Shown: positions 9,987-20,104, counted from the first letter of the stretch. The stretch is DNA of 24,000 nt from Microvirgula aerodenitrificans DSM 15089 (GCF_000620105.1 NZ_KK211072.1:28275-52274), one strand, 5' to 3'. Notes: generated by a model not told the origin, from the sequence alone. Made by a program: numbers and translations.

Positions 9987-11957
9987 ATGCATTCATTAGC
10001 ACCTGTCGTTGCCATCCTGTTCGCCGCCGTCGGGGTCATCACCCTGTGCCGGGCGGTCAAAGTCCCCGCCATGCTCGGTTACCTGCTGGTGGGATTCATT
10101 GTTGGCCCGGGCGGGTTCGCGCTGATTGCGGGGACTGACCAGTCCCAGTTTCTGGGTGAAATCGGCATTGTTTTCATGATGTTCACCATCGGTCTTGAAT
10201 TCAGTCTGCCGAAACTGCGGGCGATGCGGCGCATCGTGTTCGGGCTTGGCGCCGGCCAGGTGGTGGTGACCCTGCTGGCAGTCATGGTGCTGTTCATCGC
10301 GCTGGGCGGGCGGCCGCTTACCGGCTTTACGCTTGGCGCGGTGGCGGCCCTGTCGTCGACCGCGATCGTGTCCAAGCTGCTGACCGAGCGGCTGGAACTC
10401 AATGCGCCGCACGGGCAGATGTCGATCGGCGTGCTGCTGTTCCAGGATCTGGCGGTGGTGCCGATGCTGATTCTGCTGCCGGCGCTGGCCGGCAATGCCG
10501 AAACGCTGGCACTGGATCTGGCGATCGCCTTCCTGAAGGTCGTGCTGGTGATGGTGCTGCTGTTCACCGTGGGTCAGAAGCTGCTGCGGCCGTGGTTCCA
10601 TGTGGTCGCCCGGCAGCGCTCGGGCGAACTGTTCATGATCAATGTGCTGCTGATCACGCTGTCGATTTCGTGGCTGACCGAACTGGCCGGGCTGAGTCTG
10701 GCACTGGGGGCTTTCGTCGCCGGCATGTTGATCGCCGAAACCGAATATCGCTACCAGGTCGAGGAAGACATCCGGCCGTTCCGCGACATTCTGCTCGGCT
10801 TCTTTTTCATCACCATCGGCATGCGGCTCGATCTCGCCGCGCTGGCCGAGCGTTTCTGGCTGGTATTCGCCTTTGTGGCCGTGCTGGTACCGGGCAAGGC
10901 CATCGTCATGTTCGCGGTGGCGCGAACCTTCCGCTATCGGGCCAATGACGCACTGCGAACCGCACTGGCGCTGGCACAGGGGGGTGAGTTCGGTTTCGTG
11001 CTGATCGCGCTGGCCGGCAACCTGGGACTGGTGGCGCCGGCGATCGAACAGGCGGCGATCACCTCGGTGCTGATCTCGATGCTGATGTCGCCATTCCTGA
11101 TCCAGCAGACGCCGCGGCTGGTGCGCCTGCTGATCCGTTCGGACTGGGTCAGCCAGGCGGCCGATCTGCACCAGATCCTGGTGTCGAGCATGATGCGCAA
11201 CGAGCACGCGATCATCTGTGGTTACGGTCGCAGCGGCCAGGCGCTGGCGCGGCTGCTGGAAAAAGAGGACATGAGCCTGTTCGCGCTCGATCTCGATCCG
11301 GAGCGGGTGCGCGAGGCGGCGGCGGCCGGCGATGCAGTGGTATTTGGCGATGCCGGCAAGCGGGAAGTGCTGCTGGCTGCCGGCCTGATGCGGGCCAAGG
11401 TGCTGGTGATTACCTTCGCCGATACCCATGCCAGCATGCAGATCCTGCGCGTGGCGCAGACGTTGCGGCCAGACCTGCCGATTATCGTGCGCACCGTCGA
11501 CGACAGCGATATCGACCTGCTGCGCGAGGGCGGGGCGGACGAAGTGGTGGCCGAGGTCATGGAAGGCAGCCTGATGCTGGCCAGCCATGCGCTGATGGCG
11601 ATGGGGGTGCCGATGAACCGGGTACTGCGCCGCATCCGCTCGGTGCGCGAGGAGCGCTACAGCCTGTTCCGCGGCTTCTTCCGCGGCATTACCGACGACA
11701 CGCTGGCACTGGACGACTCCAAGCAGTCACGGCTGGGAACGGTGCTGCTGGCGCCGGGCGCGGCATCGATCGGCCAGTGTCTGGGCGAACTGGACCTCGG
11801 TGCACTGCATGTACAGGTGCGGGCGGTCAAGCGCAAGCAGGGTCGGGTGATCGGTCCGGACGATGCCTTCGTGCTGCAGGCCGACGACGTGCTGGTGCTG
11901 CTGGGTTCGGCCGAACACCTGGCGGCGGCCGAGCTGCTGCTGCTGGAAGGCGTCTGA
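9987..11957 (+). CDS. Monovalent cation:proton antiporter-2 (CPA2) family with TrkA-N and TrkA-C domains (Kef/YbaL-like)
   Basis: AMLGYLLVGFIVGPGGFALI...IMFTIGLEFSLPKLRAM...LLFQDLAVVPMLILLPAL... then HAIICGYGRSGQALARLLE (Rossmann/RCK-N) and a C-terminal RCK-C region. Confidence 0.92.
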   Translation: MHSLAPVVAILFAAVGVITLCRAVKVPAMLGYLLVGFIVGPGGFALIAGTDQSQFLGEIGIVFMMFTIGLEFSLPKLRAMRRIVFGLGAGQVVVTLLAVMVLFIALGGRPLTGFTLGAVAALSSTAIVSKLLTERLELNAPHGQMSIGVLLFQDLAVVPMLILLPALAGNAETLALDLAIAFLKVVLVMVLLFTVGQKLLRPWFHVVARQRSGELFMINVLLITLSISWLTELAGLSLALGAFVAGMLIAETEYRYQVEEDIRPFRDILLGFFFITIGMRLDLAALAERFWLVFAFVAVLVPGKAIVMFAVARTFRYRANDALRTALALAQGGEFGFVLIALAGNLGLVAPAIEQAAITSVLISMLMSPFLIQQTPRLVRLLIRSDWVSQAADLHQILVSSMMRNEHAIICGYGRSGQALARLLEKEDMSLFALDLDPERVREAAAAGDAVVFGDAGKREVLLAAGLMRAKVLVITFADTHASMQILRVAQTLRPDLPIIVRTVDDSDIDLLREGGADEVVAEVMEGSLMLASHALMAMGVPMNRVLRRIRSVREERYSLFRGFFRGITDDTLALDDSKQSRLGTVLLAPGAASIGQCLGELDLGALHVQVRAVKRKQGRVIGPDDAFVLQADDVLVLLGSAEHLAAAELLLLEGV

Positions 11958-12021
11958 GTCGCGGGTATGATTGGACATCATCAGGTCGGCGCCGGTCAGG
12001 CGCCGGGGGAGGAAAATCGTC

Positions 12022-12660
12022 ATGAAAAGCATTGCCGACATCCGCAAGGATTACGCCAGCCGCGAGCTGAATGAAACCGACTGTCTGGCCGACCCGGTCA
12101 GGCAGTTTGAAATCTGGATGGACGAGGCCATTACCGCCGAACTGGTCGAACCGACGGCAGTACTGGTGTCGACCGTCAGCCCCGAGGGCCGGCCGGCGGC
12201 ACGGGTGGTGCTGCTGAAGGGGGTCGAGAACGGCCGGTTCGTGTTCTTCACCAACTACCAGTCGCGCAAGGGGCGGCACCTGGAAGCCAACCCGGTCATC
12301 GCCCTGACCTTTTTCTGGCCGGGGCTGGAGCGCCAGGTCAATATCGAGGGCGTGGTCGAGCGCCTGCCGTCCGCCGCATCGGACAGCTATTTCGACAGCC
12401 GGCCTTACAAGAGCCGGGTCGGCGCCTGGGCCAGCGAGCAGAGCCAGCCGATTGCCGGTCGCCATGTGGTGATGGCGCGGTTTGCGCAGTACGCGGCCAA
12501 GTACGCGCTGCATGTTCCGCGTCCGCCGCACTGGGGCGGCTTTGCGGTGATTCCGGAGCGGATCGAGTTCTGGCAGGGGCGTCCGTCCCGCCTGCACGAT
12601 CGCGTGCTGTACCAGTTGCAGGCCGACGGCAGCTGGAGCCGCGACCGGCTGGCGCCATGA
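12022..12660 (+). CDS. pdxH: Pyridoxamine 5'-phosphate oxidase
   Basis: [36 protein letters not shown]...[56 protein letters not shown]...C-terminal [23 protein letters not shown]. Confidence 0.96.
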   Translation: MKSIADIRKDYASRELNETDCLADPVRQFEIWMDEAITAELVEPTAVLVSTVSPEGRPAARVVLLKGVENGRFVFFTNYQSRKGRHLEANPVIALTFFWPGLERQVNIEGVVERLPSAASDSYFDSRPYKSRVGAWASEQSQPIAGRHVVMARFAQYAAKYALHVPRPPHWGGFAVIPERIEFWQGRPSRLHDRVLYQLQADGSWSRDRLAP

Positions 12661-12691
12661 TGATGGCGGCGCCAGCGCTGGTCTGATTCAT

Positions 12692-13006
12692 TCACGACGC
12701 CATTTTCAGCCCGAGAATGCCGGCCACGATCAGGCCGATGCAGACCAGCCGCGCCGCCGTGGCCGGGTCGTTGAACAGCACGATACCGAGGGCGGCGGTG
12801 CCGACGGCGCCGATGCCGGTCCAGACGGCATAGGCGGTGCCGATCGGCAGGTCGCGCAGCGCCAGCCCGAGCAGGACGATGCTGAACAGCATCGAGATGC
12901 CGGTCAGCACTGACGGCAGCAACCGGGTGAAGCCCTCGGTGTATTTCAGGCCGATGGCCCAGCCGATTTCAAACAGACCCGCGATAAACAGCATGAGCCA
13001 GGCCAT
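12692..13006 (-). CDS. sugE: SMR-family transporter of the SugE/Gdx (guanidinium exporter) type
   Basis: [39 protein letters not shown]...[30 protein letters not shown]; GLFEIGWA and [14 protein letters not shown] motifs typical of SugE/Gdx. Confidence 0.9.
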   Translation of the reverse strand: MAWLMLFIAGLFEIGWAIGLKYTEGFTRLLPSVLTGISMLFSIVLLGLALRDLPIGTAYAVWTGIGAVGTAALGIVLFNDPATAARLVCIGLIVAGILGLKMAS

Positions 13007-13008
13007 GG

Positions 13009-13578
13009 TCAGTCCTTTCCTTGTGCGGGGAGCGAAGTCTCCCGCGTGAGTGTCAGCAGGCGTTCGATCACCGCTGTCCGCGTGACCGGGTCCAGCGGTT
13101 CGATACCGAACGCTTCATTCATCCAGATGCCGTCCACGGCCAGCCGCACGATGTGGGCCAGCAGCGGGTCGGCCACGTCTGCGGCGATCTGCGCCTGCCA
13201 GTCGCGCTGGCGGTCGGCATAGCGGGCGACCTGCTCCGGCCGGGTGCCGAGCGCGGCGATCAGCGAGGCTTCGCGCCGGGCAACGGTTTCGCTGTCGAGA
13301 TCAGGCGGCAGCGCGGCCAGCAGGTAGGCGCGGACGCCAGCGCCGTGGCTGGGGTCAGCCTGCCGGTAGGCGTCCATGCGGGCATCGACCGCCCGGGTCA
13401 GCCGGGCGATCAGGGCCGCCACCAGTGCATACTTGCCGGCATAGTGGTACAGCAGGCCGCCTTTGCTGACGCCGGCCCGTGCCGCCACGCTGTCCAGAGT
13501 CAGATTGGCGACGCCGTGTTCCATTACGCAATGTTCGGCCGCATCGAGAATGCGGTTCTGGGTGTCCGTTGTCGTCAT
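13009..13578 (-). CDS. TetR/AcrR family transcriptional regulator
   Basis: N-terminal [48 protein letters not shown]; TetR HTH. Lies 2 bp upstream of the SMR gene, same strand. Confidence 0.92.
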   Translation of the reverse strand: MTTTDTQNRILDAAEHCVMEHGVANLTLDSVAARAGVSKGGLLYHYAGKYALVAALIARLTRAVDARMDAYRQADPSHGAGVRAYLLAALPPDLDSETVARREASLIAALGTRPEQVARYADRQRDWQAQIAADVADPLLAHIVRLAVDGIWMNEAFGIEPLDPVTRTAVIERLLTLTRETSLPAQGKD

Positions 13579-13592
13579 GGCACCGAATGTAA

Positions 13593-13606
13593 ACCGTCCG
13601 GACGGT
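13593..13606. promoter_or_regulatory. Candidate TetR-family operator (perfect palindrome)
   Basis: ACCGTCCGGACGGT, 14-bp perfect palindrome within TGTAAACCGTCCGGACGGTACA, 15 bp upstream of the tetR start codon. Confidence 0.65.
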
Positions 13607-13676
13607 ACAGTAAAGTGCCGGGCGCGATGGCGGGCGTGCTGCTAGGCTGTGCGCCCCTGCCAGAAACCCGCCTGCC

Positions 13677-14378
13677 ATGTACCGACTGATCGACCGCCAG
13701 CCCGACTTCATCATTATCGACAAGGCACCGGGCGTTGCCGTGCATCGCGACCAGGAAGCGCAGGGCCTGCTTGATGTCCTGCGCGCGGATCTGGGGTGCG
13801 ACAGCCTGCATCTGGTACATCGTCTCGATGCGATCACCTCCGGCCTGATGGTGCTGGCGACGCATCGCGATGCCGCGCGTACGCTGTCGCAGGCGTTTCA
13901 TGACCACCAGGTCGACAAGTTCTATCTGGCGCTGTCCGATCGCAAGCCGGCGCGCAAGCAGGGCTGGGTGACCGGCGACATGGACCGCGGCCGCCGCGGC
14001 AGCTGGCGCCTGTTGCCGACCCGGGTCAATCCGGCCATTACCCGGTTCTTCTCCGTCTCGGTCGAACCCGGCGTGCGCGCCTTTCTGCTGCGGCCGTGTA
14101 CCGGCCGCACCCATCAGTTGCGCGTGGCACTGAAAAGCCTCGGCAGCCCCCTGCTGGGCGATCCGCTGTATCACGCGGCCGATGCGGCGAATGCGGCGGC
14201 CGATCGCGCCTACCTGCATCACTACGCGTTCGCCTTCGAGCTGGGCGGGCGCCGCTGGCGCTATGTCCAGCCGCCGACGACCGGTACGCATTTCCTGGCG
14301 GCGCCGTTTGCGGCAGCGCTCGGCCGTTTTGATGATCCCTGGGCGCTGGATTGGCCGGAATCATGTCTAACTCGTTGA
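13677..14378 (+). CDS. RluA-family pseudouridine synthase
   Basis: MYRLIDRQPDFIIIDKAPGVAVHRD...LHLVHRLDAITSGLMVLATHRDAA...LLRPCTGRTHQLRVALKSLGSPLLGDPLY; the HRLDxxTSG catalytic motif. Confidence 0.92.
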   Translation: MYRLIDRQPDFIIIDKAPGVAVHRDQEAQGLLDVLRADLGCDSLHLVHRLDAITSGLMVLATHRDAARTLSQAFHDHQVDKFYLALSDRKPARKQGWVTGDMDRGRRGSWRLLPTRVNPAITRFFSVSVEPGVRAFLLRPCTGRTHQLRVALKSLGSPLLGDPLYHAADAANAAADRAYLHHYAFAFELGGRRWRYVQPPTTGTHFLAAPFAAALGRFDDPWALDWPESCLTR

Positions 14379-14530
14379 TTTTAAATTTGATTGTTGAATG
14401 GCTACTGTCTGGCGAGGCCGGGCTTTCCAATGCAAGCCAATGATTTTGTTTGATAAAATGTCGCCGCGCGCTACATTCGATAGCCGAGCGGGGCATTTGC
14501 GGCTAGAATCGCGTCTATAGATAGCGATGC

Positions 14531-14558
14531 AACGGGTTGCCCTGGCCGGCAGCCCGTT
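14531..14558 (+). terminator. Terminator-like hairpin in the leader of the rnk-like gene (possible attenuator or sRNA end)
   Basis: AACGGGTTGCC-CTGGCC-GGCAGCCCGTT (11-bp stem with one G-T wobble) followed by TTGCTT; about 180 nt upstream of the start codon at 14740. Confidence 0.45.
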
Positions 14559-14739
14559 TTGCTTGATCGGCCCGCGCAGCGAGCCCGAAGGCATCTGTGG
14601 CAGCATGCAGGCGGAGACGCCGGAACGGATACCGAGTCGGGTAGCCGGACCCGGCGTCTGTCGCCGTTGGCGATTTCGCCGGCCTGCGCGGATCGACACG
14701 GGCACGCCCGGCACGGGCGAGTTTCCGTCGGAGCACACC

Positions 14740-15147
14740 ATGCAACAGCCTGTCATCACCGTATCCACCCTCGATCTCGACCGATTGGAGGCCCTGCTGG
14801 AGAATATCGACAGCAAGGCTTTCCCCGCAGCCGGGCAACTGGCCCGCGAACTCGATCGTGCCGAAGTGGCCGAGCCCGCCGACATGCCTGCCGGCGTTGT
14901 GACGATGAATTCGCGCGTGCGTTTTGCCGCCGACAATGGCGAAATCCGCGAATACACACTGGTTTACCCGAAAGACATGAACGGCAACCCGGACCGGCTG
15001 TCGGTGCTGGCGCCGGTTGGCGCGGCGCTGCTCGGCCTGTCGGTCGGGCAGACGATCGAATGGCCGATGCCGGACGGCGCGACGCTGCGCCTGACCGTGC
15101 ATGAAGTGATCTGGCAGCCGGAAGCCGCAGGCGAGCTGCACCGCTGA
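14740..15147 (+). CDS. rnk: Rnk / GreA-GreB-family regulator of nucleoside diphosphate kinase
   Basis: [23 protein letters not shown]...[61 protein letters not shown]; preceded by GGAG 8 nt upstream. The ORF extends to 14527 but the extension is not Rnk-like. Confidence 0.88.
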   Translation: MQQPVITVSTLDLDRLEALLENIDSKAFPAAGQLARELDRAEVAEPADMPAGVVTMNSRVRFAADNGEIREYTLVYPKDMNGNPDRLSVLAPVGAALLGLSVGQTIEWPMPDGATLRLTVHEVIWQPEAAGELHR

Positions 15148-15170
15148 TTCGCGCGAAACCGACGGCCCGC

Positions 15171-15803
15171 ATGAGCACACTGACCGATCTGAAGTACCTG
15201 AAGACCGTGATCGAGACCGCATTGCTGGTCGCGACCGAGCCGCTGTCGGTCCATGACCTGAAGCGGCTGTTCACCGAATCGCTGCAGTCGGGCCTGATCT
15301 ACGAAATGGTGGAGGAAATCCAGAACGAATGGCGGGGTCGGGGCATCGAACTCGTCAAGCTGGCCAGCGGCTGGCGCTTTCGCGCCCGGGCCGAATTCAA
15401 GCCTTACCTGGAACGACTGAGCCCGGAGAAACCGCCGCGCTATTCGCGCGCGGTGATGGAAACCATCGCCATCGTTGCCTACCGGCAGCCGGTGACGCGC
15501 GGGGACATCGAGTCCATTCGTGGCGTCTCGGTTTCCAGCCATGTGATGCAGACCCTGTCCGAACGGGGTTGGATCGAAGTCATCGGCCACAAGGACGTGC
15601 CGGGACGTCCCGGTCTGTACGCCACGACCCGCAAGTTTCTCGACGATCTCGGCATGAAGTCGCTGAAGGACCTGCCACCGCTCGCCGATATCGGCGCGCT
15701 GGTCATACCCGAAATACCGAATGACGACGCGGGCGCAAAAGACGCCGCGTCGGCGCAAGCATTGAACGAAAGCCCAGAAGATGTCGAAACCGAAGCCCAG
15801 TAA
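15171..15803 (+). CDS. scpB: Segregation and condensation protein B
   Basis: [27 protein letters not shown]...[101 protein letters not shown]. Confidence 0.95.
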   Translation: MSTLTDLKYLKTVIETALLVATEPLSVHDLKRLFTESLQSGLIYEMVEEIQNEWRGRGIELVKLASGWRFRARAEFKPYLERLSPEKPPRYSRAVMETIAIVAYRQPVTRGDIESIRGVSVSSHVMQTLSERGWIEVIGHKDVPGRPGLYATTRKFLDDLGMKSLKDLPPLADIGALVIPEIPNDDAGAKDAASAQALNESPEDVETEAQ

Positions 15804-18381
15804 CCAGCGCACTGCCCGCCAGCCGGCCGCGCGAACGCACCGCGACCAGCCGAAGGCGCCGTACTCCGCGCCGCGTGGTGGCAACCAGAAGCCGTTTGGC
15901 CGCCCGGAAGGGGAAGCGGGCCGTGGCGCGCCGCGCCAGGGCGGAGATCGCCCGGCCTACGGCGGCTCGCGTGATGACGACCGTCGTCCGTCCGGCCCGC
16001 GTGGCGAGGGCGGCTTCAGCCGTGGCCCGAAGCCGTTTGGCGACCGTGCGCCGCGCCAGGGCGGGGATCGTCCGGCCTATGGTGGCCCGCGCCAGGGGGG
16101 AGACCGTCCGGCGTTCGGTGGCCCGCGTGACGGCGGTGACCGTCGTCCGTCCGGCCCGCGTGGCGAGGGCGGCTTCAGCCGTGGCCCGAAGCCGTTTGGC
16201 GACCGTGCGCCGCGCCAGGGCGGGGATCGTCCGGCCTATGGTGGCCCGCGCCAGGGGGGAGACCGTCCGGCGTTCGGTGGCCCGCGTGACGGCGGTGACC
16301 GTCGTCCGTCCGGCCCGCGTGGCGAGGGCGGCTTCAGCCGCGGCCCGAAGCCGTTTGGCGACCGCGCACCGCGTCAGGGCAGTGACCGCCCGGCCTATGG
16401 CGGCCCGCGCGGTGATGGTGATTTCAACCGTGGTCCGAAGCCGTATGGCGACCGTCCGCCGCGTCAGGGCGGTGACCGCCCGGCCTATGGTGGCCCGCGT
16501 GACGGCGGCGACCGCCGTCCGTCCGGCCCGCGTGGCGACAGTGATTTCAACCGGGGTCCGAAGCCGTATGGCGACCGTCCGCCGCGTCAGGGCGGTGACC
16601 GCCCGGCCTATGGTGGTCCGCGTGACGGCGGCGACCGTCGCCCGTCCGGCCCGCGCAGCGACAGCGGCTTCAGCCGTGGCCCGAAGCCGTATGGTGATCG
16701 TCCGCCGCGTCAGGGCGGCGACCGTCCGGCGTTCGGTGCTCCGCGTGACGGCGGCGACCGCCGTCCGTCCGGCCCGCGTGGCGACAGTGATTTCAACCGT
16801 GGTCCGAAGCCGTATGGCGATCGTCCGCCGCGTCAGGGCGGCGACCGTCCGGCGTTCGGTGCTCCGCGTGACGGCGGCGACCGCCGTCCGTCCGGCCCGC
16901 GCAGCGACAGCGGTTTCGGCCGTGGTCCGAAGCCGTTCGGTGACCGTGCACCGCGTCAGGGCGGGGATCGCCCGGCGTATGGTGGCCCGCGCGACGGCGG
17001 CGACCGCCGTCCGTCCGGCCCGCGTGGCGACAGTGATTTCAGCCGGGGTCCGAAGCCGTATGGCGATCGTCCGCCGCGTCAGGGCGGTGACCGCCCGGCC
17101 TATGCTGGTCCGCGTGATGGCGGCGACCGCCGTCCGTCCGGCCCGCGTGGCGACAGCGATTTCAACCGCGGTCCGAAGCCGTATGGCGACCGTCCGCCGC
17201 GTCAGGGCGGGGATCGCCCGGCCTATGCTGGCCCGCGTGACGGCGGCGACCGCCGTCCGTCCGGTCCACGTGGCGACAGTGATTTCAACCGCGGTCCGAA
17301 GCCGTATGGCGATCGTCCGCCGCGCCAGGGCGGCGACCGCCCGGCCTATGCTGGTCCGCGTGATGGCGGTGACCGCCGTCCGTCCGGCCCGCGCGACGGT
17401 GGCGACCGTCGCCCGTCCGGCCCGAAGCCGTTCGGTGGCGAAGGCAATGCCTATCGTGGCCCGAAGGCAGGCAATGGCGGACCGGCGGCAAGCCGCCCGG
17501 GCAGCTATCTGCCGGTGCTTCGTGCCAAGAAAATGCCGCAGCGCCATCTGTCGGGCAAGCTTGAGCAGAAAATGCTGAAGCTGCGCGAAACACGTATCGA
17601 CCCGAACAAGGGGCTGCACGAAATGCGCCTGCAGAAGGCGCTGGCACTGATGGGGCTGGGCTCGCGTCGCGACATGGACGAGATGATCACCCAGGGCCGC
17701 GTCAGCGTGAATGGCGAAGTGGCCGAACCGGGCACGCGCGTCGTGCCGGGTGACAAGGTGCGCGTCGATGGTCGCCAACTGGCCATCCGCTGGCCGGACC
17801 GCCTGCCGCGCGTCATTGTCTACCACAAGCAGGAAGGCGAAATCGTCACCCGTGACGACCCGGAAGGCCGGGTCACGGTGTTCGAGCGTCTGCCGCAGAC
17901 GCGCTCCAGCAAGTGGGTCGCCGTTGGCCGCCTCGACGTCAACACTTCCGGGCTGCTGATTTTCACCACCTCGGGTGAGCTGGCGAACCGGATGACGCAC
18001 CCGAGCTTTGAAGTCGATCGTGAATACGCCGTGCGCACACTGGGCGCGCTGACGCCGGATCAGATGAAGGAATCGACCCGGGACATCGAACTCGAGGACG
18101 GACCGGCGCGCTTCCAGTTCATCCGCGAGGAAGACGACAAGGAAGAAAGTGCGAACCACTGGTACCGTGTCGGCCTGCGCGAAGGGCGCAATCGTGAAGT
18201 CCGTCGTCTGTTCGAACACTTCGGCCTGACCGTCAGCCGCCTGATTCGTGTCCGCTTCGGCATCGTCACGCTGCCGTCGCGGCTCAAGCGCGGGCAGTTC
18301 TACGAACTCAATGAACTGGAAGTCGCCAAGCTGGTGCAGTGGGCCGGCCTGACGCTGGCCGGAACCAGCGACGACGCCTGA
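15781..18381 (+). CDS. rluB: 23S rRNA pseudouridine synthase RluB with a large N-terminal Gly/Arg/Pro/Asp-rich tandem-repeat domain
   Basis: The C-terminal third (from about [42 protein letters not shown]...) has the S4 domain and the [27 protein letters not shown] catalytic motif. N-terminus is 11 tandem repeat units. Start overlaps the scpB stop by 23 nt. Confidence 0.93.
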   Translation: MSKPKPSNQRTARQPAARTHRDQPKAPYSAPRGGNQKPFGRPEGEAGRGAPRQGGDRPAYGGSRDDDRRPSGPRGEGGFSRGPKPFGDRAPRQGGDRPAYGGPRQGGDRPAFGGPRDGGDRRPSGPRGEGGFSRGPKPFGDRAPRQGGDRPAYGGPRQGGDRPAFGGPRDGGDRRPSGPRGEGGFSRGPKPFGDRAPRQGSDRPAYGGPRGDGDFNRGPKPYGDRPPRQGGDRPAYGGPRDGGDRRPSGPRGDSDFNRGPKPYGDRPPRQGGDRPAYGGPRDGGDRRPSGPRSDSGFSRGPKPYGDRPPRQGGDRPAFGAPRDGGDRRPSGPRGDSDFNRGPKPYGDRPPRQGGDRPAFGAPRDGGDRRPSGPRSDSGFGRGPKPFGDRAPRQGGDRPAYGGPRDGGDRRPSGPRGDSDFSRGPKPYGDRPPRQGGDRPAYAGPRDGGDRRPSGPRGDSDFNRGPKPYGDRPPRQGGDRPAYAGPRDGGDRRPSGPRGDSDFNRGPKPYGDRPPRQGGDRPAYAGPRDGGDRRPSGPRDGGDRRPSGPKPFGGEGNAYRGPKAGNGGPAASRPGSYLPVLRAKKMPQRHLSGKLEQKMLKLRETRIDPNKGLHEMRLQKALALMGLGSRRDMDEMITQGRVSVNGEVAEPGTRVVPGDKVRVDGRQLAIRWPDRLPRVIVYHKQEGEIVTRDDPEGRVTVFERLPQTRSSKWVAVGRLDVNTSGLLIFTTSGELANRMTHPSFEVDREYAVRTLGALTPDQMKESTRDIELEDGPARFQFIREEDDKEESANHWYRVGLREGRNREVRRLFEHFGLTVSRLIRVRFGIVTLPSRLKRGQFYELNELEVAKLVQWAGLTLAGTSDDA
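15985..17430 (+). repeat. Protein-coding tandem repeat array in rluB: 11 units, basic period 123 bp (41 aa), with 159-bp (53 aa) versions at the 5' end
   Basis: Consensus [41 protein letters not shown]. Spacing checked: ggcttcagc at 16012, 16171, 16330 (159 bp each); agtgatttcaa at 16540 and 16786 (2 x 123 bp). Confidence 0.95.
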
Positions 18382-18387
18382 TCGTCT

Positions 18388-18413
18388 GCAGCGCCGCCGC
18401 GAGGGGGCGCTGC
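18388..18413 (+). terminator. Hairpin after rluB
   Basis: GCAGCGCC-10 nt-GGCGCTGC followed by GTCTTTA. Confidence 0.55.
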
Positions 18414-18439
18414 GTCTTTATCCCTGGAGGAACAAGCCC

Positions 18440-18898
18440 ATGAACCGGTCCCGATGGATCGTTGCCGTCATGGCCTCGCTGCTTAGCGGTTTGCTGGTCG
18501 CCTGCGGTGGCAGTCCCGCGCAGGCGGAACCGGCTGCCGATACGGCGGCACTGCCGGCGCAGATCGCCGATACTGTGGATGTGGATGTGCTGAAGCAGGC
18601 GATGGTTGGCCGTTTCCGTGGCGAGTTGCCGTGCGCGGACTGCAGCGGCATCGACACCGACCTGACGCTGAATGCCGACATGAGCTACCAGCTGAGCGAA
18701 ACCTATCTCGGCAAGGGCAAGCCGTTCGTGTCGACCGGCAAGTGGAATGTGGTCGATGGCACGCGCAAGATCGAGATCGACTACGACAAGCCGGGTCAGG
18801 GCCGCTATTTCCAGCTGGCCGGCAAGCACTTGCAGATGCTGGACAGTGACGGCAATCCGGTCGACAGCAAGCTGAATTACACGTTGACGCGACAGTAA
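18440..18898 (+). CDS. NlpE-like lipoprotein (copper resistance/envelope stress NlpE N-terminal domain)
   Basis: Lipobox LLVACGG; MVGRFRGELPCADCSGIDTDLTLNADMSYQLSETYLGKG...GKWNV resembles the NlpE CxxC domain. Good SD (AGGA) upstream. Confidence 0.85.
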   Translation: MNRSRWIVAVMASLLSGLLVACGGSPAQAEPAADTAALPAQIADTVDVDVLKQAMVGRFRGELPCADCSGIDTDLTLNADMSYQLSETYLGKGKPFVSTGKWNVVDGTRKIEIDYDKPGQGRYFQLAGKHLQMLDSDGNPVDSKLNYTLTRQ

Positions 18899-18982
18899 GC
18901 ACTGGCGCGTCCCGCCGCCTGCGTGCCGCTGGCGGCGGTTTTCCGCGTCGCCACGGCACGGGCCTTTCCCCCGGGTTCCGCC

Positions 18983-19543
18983 ATGAACAAAGCCTTTACC
19001 CAGGAAGATGACAACGAACAGGACGACGACCTGCCGGTCGAGCGTCAGTTGCCGCGTTCGGGCAAGAATTACATGACGCCAGGTGGCTGGCAGCGCATGA
19101 AGGACGAGCTGTACCACCTGGTACATCGGGAACGGCCGGAAGTCACCCAGATCGTCAACTGGGCGGCCGGCAATGGCGACCGTTCGGAGAATGGCGACTA
19201 CCTGTATGGCAAGCGCCGGCTGCGGGAAATCGACCGTCGCATCCGTTTTCTGACCAAACGGCTGGAAGTGGCCGAGGTGGTCGATCCGGAACGGCGCGAG
19301 CCGACCGACCAGATTTTCTTCGGCGCGACCGTCGTCATGCTGCGCGGCAACGGGCAGGAACAGACGGTCAGCATTGTCGGCGTCGACGAGATCGACGTGG
19401 CACGCGGCCATATCAGCTGGGTGTCACCGATTGCCCGGGCCCTGATCCAGGCACGCGAGGGAGACGAAATCCTGTTTCGCGGCCCTGACGGCGATGAGCA
19501 GATCGAGATCCTGGAAGTGCGCTACCAGCGCGTGGACCCCTGA
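18983..19543 (+). CDS. greB: Transcription elongation factor GreB
   Basis: RSGKNYMTPGGWQRMKDELYHLVHRERPEVTQIVNWAAGNGDRSENGDYLYGKRRLREIDRRIRFLTKRLEVAEVVDP...; start at MNKAFTQ (18983) rather than 18923. Confidence 0.95.
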   Translation: MNKAFTQEDDNEQDDDLPVERQLPRSGKNYMTPGGWQRMKDELYHLVHRERPEVTQIVNWAAGNGDRSENGDYLYGKRRLREIDRRIRFLTKRLEVAEVVDPERREPTDQIFFGATVVMLRGNGQEQTVSIVGVDEIDVARGHISWVSPIARALIQAREGDEILFRGPDGDEQIEILEVRYQRVDP

Positions 19544-19825
19544 GTTCATTGCGCGTAACCATCGTGCAGCGTCGCGTTCCGAAATGTAGTACCGGGGTTT
19601 TGGGTCAATTTTTGTGACATAATTGCGCCCAGTGATGACCGTTGGACGGTCCGCGGACCGGTTCCGCTCCGCCCTGTCCAGATTGCCCCGTGCCTGCCCG
19701 TATCCGCTGTGTGCCCTGTCTCGCCCGTCGACGCGTTCCGCGACGGCGGGCTTTCGTGCGCCCGGACCCTGCCGGTCAGGGGCAACTGGCGGTTGTCCAA
19801 TGACAACCTCAGAGGAAATCGAAAA

Positions 19826-20104
19826 ATGAACTCCAAGTTGCTGCGCATCCACGGCAAGGTCCAGGGGGTGTACTACCGGGACAATGCGGTGGCCCAGGCG
19901 GGCGAGCTCGGTGTCACGGGCTGGGTGCGCAATCGGCATGACGGCACGGTCGAAGCGCTGGTTTGCGGCGCGACCGAAGCGGTCGAGGCATTCATCAACT
20001 GGGCGCACAGCGGTCCCGCCGACGCCCGGGTCGACAAGATCGAACTGACCGACGGCAGCCAGCACGGCATGCCGCTGGCGTTCGAGCGCTGGCCGACGCG
20101 CTGA
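19826..20104 (+). CDS. Acylphosphatase
   Basis: MNSKLLRIHGKVQGVYYRDNAVAQAGELGVTGWVRNRHDGTVEALVCGATEAVEAFINWAHSGPADARVDKIE; GxVQGVxxR and GWVRNxxDGxVE signatures. Confidence 0.94.
   Translation: MNSKLLRIHGKVQGVYYRDNAVAQAGELGVTGWVRNRHDGTVEALVCGATEAVEAFINWAHSGPADARVDKIELTDGSQHGMPLAFERWPTR

Noticed and set aside
14363-14443. 26-codon ORF MSNSLILNLIVEWLLSGEAGLSNASQ overlapping the pseudouridine synthase stop
   Set aside because: Very short and unsupported by a Shine-Dalgarno sequence; the AT-rich region is more simply explained as a promoter island for rnk.
15985-17430. Regular repeats considered as a CRISPR-like array or satellite
   Set aside because: No short repeats alternating with unique spacers; the array is in-frame coding sequence continuous with the RluB domain.
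15703-18219. 838-aa antisense ORF ([23 protein letters not shown]... repeats) opposite rluB, and the 567-aa +2-frame ORF 15875-17578
   Set aside because: Both are shadow frames of the 123/159-bp repeat array. A period divisible by 3 keeps every frame open, and the true frame carries the RluB catalytic domain and coupling to scpB.
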